A DNA stretch of 64,000 nucleotides, taken from NCBI GenBank assembly GCA_964270895.1, contig OZ185445.1. One strand, written 5' to 3'. This document shows positions 12,501 through 23,100 of the stretch, piece after piece. Made by a program: the position numbers and the translations under genes. Under the pieces are notes generated by a model. That model was not told where the DNA came from. It saw only the letters and a program-made list of their open reading frames with translations, and did no database searches. Position 1 is the first letter of the stretch. Every line of letters starts with the position of its first letter. This DNA is from Podarcis filfolensis (Eukaryota).

Positions 12501-15500
12501 TAGTGCAATCTAGTAAACTAATGTTATCGGAGGCCAATTACCAAGCCTTTGTACACCTTGTCTGCTATGGCTGCTGCTTCTTGCCTCCCTCCCTTGCTGC
12601 TTCCTACCTGCCACTTGTTCCCCTTTTAAACTGCTGCTAGCTGGAAAAGCAGTGCTATGTTGATTGTATGTGTATTGTCTTCCTTTGGCCTTTGCTTTAT
12701 AAGACTGCTATTGCTCTAAACTGAGTCTGAGGGTGGGCTGCTTGGAGATATGCAAGCCCAGCTTTTGTATTGCGGTAGCGTTGTTTTAACAATCAGAAAA
12801 GTTGAGTTTCTAATTTCCATTGAGCCATGGCTTTAATCGCCTGGTTCATCTCCATTTTTCCATGAATCTCTTGTTTTTAAGTTGAATTATTGTTCACAGA
12901 TAATGTTGGAAGCTATGCTATGGGAAAAGTATGCCCCCATCCCCTCCTTGCAGTGAGGTAGATTGCTCTAATATTATGATTAAGTAAGGATTAATTAAAG
13001 TTACTTTTATCCATGATGCTAAGGAGAAAGGTTAATAGCATACTACCCGTATTTCCTCATCTGCCCATTAATGCAGGGGGGGGGACCATGGACTTGCACT
13101 TGGATTCTTCTTTGCAGAGTAGTATAGCTGTTCCTAGCAACGTTCTGGTAGTTGAACAATGTAGAGAGAAGCCTTCAAGAATTGGGTATTCCCCAAATGT
13201 GTTCCGTTTCTTTCTCACTGGCTCAGAGTACGTGGGGCTTATACTATGTCAGGCTTATGCCATGACTGTTGTAAAAAGAGCTCATTCCCCCCCTCTCCTG
13301 TGGTCAGATGAGATTGCAGGGACAGCAAGAGATTCTGACAGGTGGGCAGGGCAATCTGCCTGTGAATCGTGTGATATCATAGCAACAGCATAGATAAATT
13401 ACTGCTATTCTATAAATCAAGGCTTTCTATACTAATGATCTGAACATCCTGAAATGTGTGTTTGTAAGGGGTTGCGTTCTAAATGGTTACTGAAGAAACA
13501 AATACTCTGAAAGTTCTTTTAAATCAACTTGTTTTGCAGGCATGGCAAAAGGCGCGAAGCGATGGCTGGGAACGAGCTTTTTGTGAGAAGAATTTCCTTT
13601 CTCAGGCAACAATGGAGATTATCATAGGAATGAGAACACAGCTGCTTGGGCAACTCAGAGCATCAGGTAATATATATATCTGTATATTTATTAACCTGAA
13701 ATCTGCCCCACAAAATCTTCAAGCTTTTTTCCTGGATTTCACTGTATTATTGATTCCTATGTATATGATCAGGGATACAGTTGCTATCTTTTGAGGTTTA
13801 TTTTGGAGCAGTTATTCTACAACCAAACCTTTGGTTTACTTACACGGAAAGCATATTCTACTTGTTACCGCAAGTAGTACCGCAAGTAATACTTTGAGGT
13901 ATTATGCTGTAGCGGTGGATTGTAAATATGCCCCAGTTATGTGTATTTGTGGTTACACTAGTAATATTTGCTGTGTAGATTGTGTAGTGAATACTTACTG
14001 TTCTGTTATCCTAACAAAAGTGCACCTATGTCTGTGTGTTGATTAGAGGGAGAACTGGTCCTATCCTGCTTTGAGCTTGCTTCAAGCCTCCATGTTAAAA
14101 TGAGATTTGCAGTTAAGAAGTAGTGGCTGAGTTTGCTTTTTTCATCTTCTCTCCCAGTTCCTTTTCCTCTTCCAGCATGTCTTTTAGACTGTGGATGGGA
14201 ACATCCTTACTAATGATTATTGTAAACCCCTCTAGGAGTGTTTTCCAGCTGGAGAGCAGGGTAAAAATAAATAAGCCTGATAACCCATCAAAGCCAAGGG
14301 CTAGTCTAAATTCAAAATGAGCTAATGTTTTTGAGTTTGGCTCAGGAGCACAGAAAACTCAAGTGAGGTATTTTAAGGGGAATTGTCAGGCGTCAGAGGA
14401 TCCAACCCCCACGGCAGGTTGCCAGGAACAGATAAGACAAGGAAAAGTCCTTACCATCTGCTTTTTATTCAGTGTTTACAGAGAGAGGATTGGAATAATG
14501 GTGTTGTCCCAAGTGACTCTCCACCCCCTTTTTCTCCCACTTCCTCATTCATCATCTTGTCTCCTATGGGTGGTGCGGAGGGCCCTTTGCTTCTGAGCCT
14601 TTTGCTCTACTACTTTCAAGGCTCGCCGGGTTCTGGGAGGGGCCGGGTCTGTAATGCTTTCTAAAGACACTGTGTCTGTCAGCTGGCCCCCCTCTGGTGT
14701 TTCTTTTTCCTCCTCTTCCATTATTTCCCAGCTTTCCCCCTCATCTGCCTCTGAGCTGTGACCTCCCACAAACCCCTGTAGTAATTCAGAACTGTCTTCT
14801 TCTCTGGAAGGGTCAGGCTGGGGAGGTAGTCTCCACCATTCCTCCTATGCCCAGTCCCTGACAGGAATGATCTTTCCATAAGTTTCAGCAGGCAAGATTG
14901 TGTCCTGAGTTAAATGAGAAAATGCTGTGTTTGGGTGTTGTTTGTTCTAGTGCAAAAGAACTTTTATTCTCCTGTTCTGCAACCAAGGCAAGATCCTTTG
15001 GAACCGAATGCCCGAGTTACACTGCTCAGAATGGTATACCGTTAATGACAGAGTGGGAGCTAAAAAGGCTATCCCTGACATGCATCTCTGAAGTTAATAG
15101 CTTTCTTAATTAGCAGGACATACATTTATTTCTTTTTTTCTTTCTAGGTTTTGTAAGAGCCAGAGGTGGTGGCGACATAAGAGATGTTAACACCAACTCT
15201 GAGAACTGGGCTGTGGTGAAAGGTGCCCTAGTAGCTGGAATGTACCCCAATATAGTTCACGTTGACAGAGAGAACATTGTTTTGACTGGGCCAAAAGAAA
15301 AAAAAGTTAGATTTCATCCTACCTCCGTTCTTAGCCAGCCCCAGTATAAAAAGGTAAGAAGGTATAAAGTTTAAAATATTAGTGTGGGAGATCTGGGAAC
15401 CTCAGTTCTTCCGTGAGCTTTGAATGCTTTGTTTATTTAGAAACGTATTTTAAATAATAACCTATGACTGTTACCAGTTGCTATTCTTAACGAGGAAGCA

Positions 15501-18500
15501 GAGATCTAGTAAAATAAGGTGGCACAAGCCTTTGCTGAGTTTATTTGCTAAACTTGTTTTAGCACCAAATGGTATTACCTGATCTTGTTTCAGGACGTTT
15601 GTGTTGTAAAGGCTTTGTATTGTATTCCTCATGTGGACTGTGCATCCCACCTCATGCAGCAGGATTTTACCCTTTCTTAAGGCTACCTGATGGGACGTGG
15701 GTGGCGCTGTGGATTAAACCACAGAGCCTAGAACTTGCCGATCAGAAGGTTGGAGGTTCGAATCCCCACCACGGGGTGAGCTCCCGTTGCCCAGTCCCTG
15801 CTCCTGCCAACCTAGCAGTTCGAAAGCACATCAAAGTGCAAGTAGATAAATAGGTACCGCTCCGGTGGGAAGGTAAACGGCGTTTCTGTGCGCTGCTCTG
15901 GTTCGCCAGAAACAGCTTCGTCATGCTGGCCACGTGACCCGGAAGCTGTACGCCGGCTCCCTCAGCCAAAAAAGCGAGATGAGCGCCGCAACCCCAGAGT
16001 CGGTCACGACTGGATCTAATGGTCAGATGTCCCTTTACCTTTACCTTTAAGGCTACCTGACCATGTACTTTTGTTCTGCATAGCTTTTTGTGTGTTTTAT
16101 ATGGATCTCCCGTAGTCTCCCATACAGCAATGAGGAGGTTCACAATGGTTTAGATTCATCAATGCTGCGCCTTGGGTACTCCCTGCTCGTTTTCTTCAGA
16201 GGGCTGGGGAAAGTTTGCTTGCAAACGGATGTTTTAAATTGTCCCTTTTTATCAAACCGAAAGAAGCAATTCTGTTCCTTCTGTGTTACTGCCTAACAGA
16301 TTCCTCCAGCGAATGGTCAAGTGGCAGCTATTCAGGCACTTCCCACGGACTGGCTCATATACGATGAAATGACAAGAGCCCACCGCATAGCCAATATCAG
16401 GTGCTGCTCAACTGTGACGCCAGTCACTGTGGCCCTCTTCTGTGGATCAGCTAGGCTGCCAAGTAATGCTTTGCAGGAGCCTTCCTCCTTCAGAGGTATG
16501 GTGCTAGAATAAGAAACATGGTTTTAATATGCGTGTGTGGGTACATCTAATCCACTTGTTGACTTGTGTTAGCAGTTGTTAAGAGCTTTTTGTTTCCTGC
16601 GCTAAAGTAAAATAAACATTTTTTTTATAATGGGTTGGGGAATGAAAAATTGGGACTTGCTCTTCTCATTTTCCCCTCTTAAATTCCAACAGATTGTTGG
16701 GTTCTGTTCATTATTTTGAAGTCTGAAAGCAGCTTCATACGTTATGTTTTCTTGCAGGGAAAGCACCTCACTGTTGGGAAGAAAGTGTAGATTGTCTTCC
16801 CTTTAGCAGCACTTTCAAACAGTTCATTTTCTTAATGTTTTATTAAAATAAATATGAACGTGGTTACTGTCATATAAGCTAACCTGTTAAGTAAATGAGA
16901 TAAAAGCAAAATGCAGCTGTATATTGAAANNNNNNNNNNNNNNNNNNNNNNNNNNNNNNNNNNNNNNNNNNNNNNNNNNNNNNNNNNNNNNNNNNNNNNN
17001 NNNNNNNNNNNNNNNNNNNNNNNNNNNNNNNNNNNNNNNNNNNNNNNNNNNNNNNNNNNNNNNNNNAGCTTGGGTAACTGTAAGATTTTAAATGTCATGA
17101 CTGTCACCACCTCAAGAATGGCCCAAGGGACTGCATTCTAGAGAGTGAGTGCTATCATTGGGAAGGCCCACTTTGGGGTTGCTAGGTATCCTGTTCTCAA
17201 GTTATTTAGAGCTTTAAATTTCAACAACAAAATCTTGAACTTGGTTCAGTAGCTAATAGGGAGTGAGGGCAGATCTTACAACACTGGTGTAACATGTCAA
17301 TCTGGGTGTCCCACTAAGTCACCTAGCAGCTGCATTTTGCATTAGCTGAAGCTTCTGAACCAGGCACCAAGGTAGGAAGTTAGCAGATTAATCTTGATGC
17401 ATATTAAGAATGCGTACATCTCATAATTGTTGTCGGTTTAAGTACGGAGTACAGTAAATGTTACTGTCTGAGATCTGCCTTTCTCTAATACAGTGGATGG
17501 TGTTCCTAATGACAGCAGTGATAGTGAGATGGAAGACAGAACTACTGCTAACTTGGCTGCCTTGAAACTGGATGAATGGCTCCATTTCAAATTAGACCCA
17601 GAGGTGCGTACTTCATGGTTCATCTGAAAAAAAATGAAAGGAAAAACTCAGTCTTGAGAATTGCTTTCAGCATTTTGACCTCAAAATGACTTAAAATTAG
17701 GATTCCAGGCTCAAAAACTGACCACTGAATGAAACAGAACTCTTTTCTCTCTCATTTTCAATATTGGCACCACCCAGCATCATAATCACTTTTTATAAAT
17801 CTATGATGTGACCACATTAAAATATATGTTCTAGATACTGCATCTAAACAAACAAAAACCCCACTGTTGTACAGTAGGAAATGGTGCACAAAAAGGGGAG
17901 TCAAATTAAATTAAACAAAGGGATTGGACCTATTTCCATATGAAAAAAGGTTAAAATGTTTGGAGGACTTGGTTGGGAGAGATCAGCAGGGAGCTGGGGC
18001 TTGGTCTTCACCAATATGTGGAATTAATACCTAGTTGGATGGGTGGGGTACAAATAAGATTAATGATAATGATTATTATTATTATTATTATTTTAAATAA
18101 ACAGCAAGGGGACCTTAGTGTGTTTTTATAACATCATACATGATGTGAAGAAAGTCGTTGGGGGTATTTTCCCCTCTCTCTCAGTTAAATTAAATTAATT
18201 GGCTTTAGATTCAGAGAATACATAATTAACATGGTATTTGCTATCCTAAAATGTGGTGATGGCCACTGACTTAGATGACTTTAGAAGTGGTTAGATTGAT
18301 CTTCTATACGTGTCCATTATAGAGGCTACTATCTCTACAGGCTAAATGGAAGCTCCAGATTTGATGAATGTATGGAGGTTGGAGGTAGGGACGGGACACA
18401 TAAACCTGTGCACTTCGCCTGGGTGGATAGAGCAGATGTTTCAACCATTTATTGATGTTGATTTAGATTGAACTCTCTCTTCCTTTGCCATTCATGTCCT

Positions 18501-20076
18501 TTCACTTATGTAAACAGTGCTGCAAGAAAGCCATGCAGGGGCAGTTTAATTCTGGACCTATCCCAGTTCTTCCTCTATCACTATGAGAATAATCATCCCA
18601 GTTGAAAAACTTGAAATTCTTTGCTGATGAGCATGGTTACAGATATAACAGAGGAATGAAATATTAATTAAAATACTTTTTTAAAAAAATCTTCCAAATA
18701 CTTTGGAACAAAAGGATGTTTTCAGGAATCATGTTGCTGACATCAAACTTCCTCAAAGTACTGGAGTTATCAAAACTATTTAATACACTTATAATCAATA
18801 AAGGGTCACCAAGCGNNNNNNNNNNNNNNNNNNNNNNNNNNNNNNNNNNNNNNNNNNNNNNNNNNNNNNNNNNNNNNNNNNNNNNNNNNNNNNNNNNNNN
18901 NNNNNNNNNNNNNNNNNNNNNNNNNNNNNNNNNNNNNNNNNNNNNNNNNNNNNNNNNNNNNNNNNNNNNNNNNNNNNNCTACTCCTGCAATTGAGGCAAA
19001 AATGGCATAGTTTATTTTTACGGCGCATGAGAGCTCCTTCAAAGCCCTGGTCTCAAGTTGATGAGGCAACCATACGAGCAATCATTGCTGTTTTAAGCAC
19101 TGAAGAACAGTCTGCAGGTCTACAGCAGCCTTCGGGAATTGGGCAAAGACCAAGACCCATGTCATCTGAAGAACTTCCTCTAGCGTCTTCATGGAGATCA
19201 AACACTAGCCGAAAAAGCTCAGCAGAAGCAGAATTCGCAGACGATGCTTTTAATGCTGAAAGGTCAGTATCTAGTGGATAGTACTGTCCGCAGTACTGTG
19301 CTCTGTACCTGCCGTGAATAGGAAACACATAGTGTGCAAAGGGTTTAACCCCGCGAGGTGTCTGTATGCCTTAAAGCTCACCTTGGCCCTCCACATTTTT
19401 TGAGACTCCCAACTCCCATCAACCTCAGCTAGGATGGCCAGTGATCTGGGATGATGGGAATTGTAGTTCAGCAACATACAGAGGGCTGTTGGTTGGCCAT
19501 CCCTGCTTTACAAGTAGCAAGAAGGGATGAAGCTGTAGTTTTTTCCCTAGCAGGAGAGGACCAGAGGTGGCATAAGCTCTCCTCTCTGTGTCCACTCATT
19601 GCTTGTCCCTCAGCAGTTGCAAACCCACAGTTGGGTCACCTCAAACTAATACATTGTATTTCTTGATGGAGGGAGAGTTCCTTTCTGTTCTTGACTGGTG
19701 TTTAGGCTCCTAACCTAGTCTGACAGCGCATGCCCATAGAAAGTCATATTGTGGTCGTGCGTCTTTTGCAAACAGAAGTGAAATCTGAGGTTCTATGCCT
19801 GCCTAAATCTTCCTTGCATTTTGGTTGACTTGTTGCTTCTACTGACCAAAATATCTGAAGCTTTACTAAAATGCATTTGGACAAAATAGGGATAACTGGA
19901 CCGAAGCCTATTTGAGTCTCCCTTCTCTGAACTTTTCAAGATTGCCTCTCCTGCCTGGTCGGGTAAGGCCATTGAGGAGGGCAGACTTACAGACACAAAA
20001 ATTCATATGTAAAGATACTTCATGGAATCCCGTTTTCTATTATGGGGGCATGCACATACTCCCTCTCTCTCTCACG

Positions 20077-20122
<46 letters not shown>

Positions 20123-23100
20123 TACATACATGAGGTTTTTTAAACTTTAGAATATACTGCTAAAAATAAGAATTGTCATGTGTAACAGACACAAGTATGC
20201 TACTGTTCAAACTTAATATAATTTCAGCATCATTAAAAAGGTAATCTAACAATACTGGAACATATTCAGGACGATTTTTAATAATTTTGAAATTAGTTTT
20301 CACACAACATTGATGGCTAACAGAGTAGTTAAAAAAATAAACAGCGTTAACAAAAAAAGCTTATTGTTCAACAGTACAGTGGTACCTCAGGTTAAGTACT
20401 TAATTTGTTCCGGAGGTCCGTTCTTAACCTGAAATTGTTCTTAACCTGAAGCACCACTTTAGCTAATGGGGCCTCCTGCTGCCACTGCGCCGCTGGAGCA
20501 CAATTTCTGTTCTCATCCTGAAGCAAAGTTCTTAACCCGAGGTAATATTTCTGGGATAGTGGAGTGTGTAACCTGACGCGTATGTAACCCGAGGTACCAC
20601 TGTATTTATTTCTCTGCAATATTTAAAAACAAACAGCAAGAACCACGAATATATAGGAAAGCAAAGGAATATTTATGAAGGACTTGAGCATAATATGAAC
20701 TTAGTCTTTAACATGTCTGTAAAATGTCTCTAAAACAACTTGAAAATATATAGCCGTTTTCTCTTTCAGAAATCCCCCCAAAGCAACTTTAAGCTATGAT
20801 ATAAACAAAGAACAGAACAGTACAATATTAAGGTAACGTTCCGATTTTTAAAGCTTTTAAAAAGCACACTTCAAAGAGTACAAGGCAATTTGACAAGAGA
20901 AAAATAAATAGAATAGATTGCTTACTAAGGAAATATAAAAATAGTGAATTGCACTGTCCCTTTTCCAGAAAGTTTAAATTACTTGCTCATATGAACTACA
21001 GGGGAAGGAAATAACAAGGCATTGGTGCTGTTTGACTCTAGCAGCCATTACACCAGTCTGCCTTCTCATACCTAGTTCCACAGTGATAAATCTCAATGGT
21101 AACTGGCAAACGGCTGCTGTGCATTCTGCTGCTGCTGCTGAATAACTTGTCTGGAAACTTGTTATCCTTGCTTGCCTTTGTCCCTATGCTGCTTTTTGAT
21201 GAATATTGGGTTGCTAGTATATACAGAAAAACTGCTTCCACCTGTCGACCAGAGTTTGTAACCCCATAAGTGTGAGCAGATGGCATCTTCAGGAAACCTC
21301 TCAGAGCAGGGGAGGCTAACCTGTGGCTCTTCAAGATGCTGTCAGATTCCAGCTCTCATCAAACCCAGGCCAACATGGACAATGGTCAGAGATCATGGGA
21401 GTTGCAGTCCCAACATCTGGAGGGCCACGGTCTCCTATCAATTCCCTAGAATTGCTTGATCCCCATTAAACATGGTTTTCTGCTTTCAACTTAACAGAGT
21501 TCTAATGAAGTCTGCATCTCCAGCATTTCACCAACCCCTGAAATACAAAGAGAGAAGCGTTTTGCATTCCAAACGAAGCGCAGATGATAGGTCAGACCAG
21601 TCGTCTGTGAAATCTACAGACAGCAGCAGTTTCCCCAGCCCCTGTGCCAGTCCTTCTCCTCCGTCATCTGGGAAGGTACAGTAGCTGTTCTTCATCCTGT
21701 TTTAAATTTTTGGAAGCTGCTGACTGCTTGCTGAAATAATAAAATGAGACATAGTACACTGGAGGTGAAAACATTTTGAAAATATCGCTGGTTTGATTTC
21801 CTTTTCTGGAGTACATGGTTTAAGCTCTTTCAGATAAATTTGTATGGCTTATTTCTTTGCCACCTTGAACCAGGAGTACCCTCTCAGAGGTTTTTGTGTC
21901 TATATGTAGAGCAGAAACACAAATACCTTGAGAATCATTGAAGAAAATTAAGGGATCGGTAGATCTTAAGCTAAATCAAGAGCCATAGAAATGTTTAAAA
22001 ACATAGTTTTAAAAGAGCTGACTGCTTTTGTATAATCCTGTTCTCTCCTCAATTCACTTTTGGTTGACAATGGTGCTTGATTCATTCTCCTAAAAGCCAG
22101 AAAACCAGCTCTGCTTAGATACCAGAGCTGACTTCATTTGGTAAAATATGACCTGTACATTTATCCTACAAGATTTTTGGGATTCAACAAGAACTGGTCC
22201 TAAATGTACAGGCTGCTTCTAGAGACCTATTGACAGCAGATGGCAGAAGGGGCAGAGCTGCTTGGTTGTCCCTAAACTGTAGTTGTGCTAGAGATCCCAA
22301 TAACATTCAACTTGATGTATTGCAACATTGCATTACTATCTTAATTTGCAACGTTTCGTATTTGCATTCCTTTGACATCAAAGATATCAACTATTGAACT
22401 ACTTTCCACAAGAATGGTATGGTAATACCTTAAAAAATATCTTTAAAGGTAATACCTTTAAAAAAACCACAAGTGTCTAATCATTGACCTGGTTTTCATA
22501 TAATGCTAAGACAGACCATGGCTTAGTGCAAATGCATGAACATGTAGATTTCTGCAGACAAGATTGCAGCTGCAAGACTCCTCTTCCAGTTATGCTTCTG
22601 CCATGGTACTCGGGGCTGAACCTTAGTGTTACCTTCAGATCCGTGGTCATGAGTTATCTCTTTCCAGAAAAACCACAAGTTGTACCATGGTTCTTGGTTA
22701 TGTAATACCCAGCCAAAACATAGCCTATCCCCAGGTAGTGCAGCTGTGGTCTTACTGTTAATTGTTGGGACATAGTGGGTTTGAGTGTGTCCAAACATCA
22801 CAAAAGGTATCTGTTTTTGCAGGGCTCCAAGTCTCCTTCTCCAAGACCAAATATGCCAGTTCGATACTTCATTATGAAAAGCAGCAACCTGAGAAACCTT
22901 GAGATTTCACAGCAGAAGGGGATTTGGTCTACAACCCCAAGTAATGAGCGAAAACTGAATCGAGCCTTTTGGGAGAGCAGTGTTGTTTACTTAGTATTTT
23001 CTGTTCAGGGATCGGGACACTTTCAGGTGAGAAATTGATACACTGAAGTTGATGAGTATGTTGCAAAATTGTTACCAGACTATAACAACATCTGCTACAT

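Noticed and set aside
13013-13393. 126-aa intronic ORF as a nested gene or poison exon
   Set aside because: No recognisable domain and no convincing paired splice sites.
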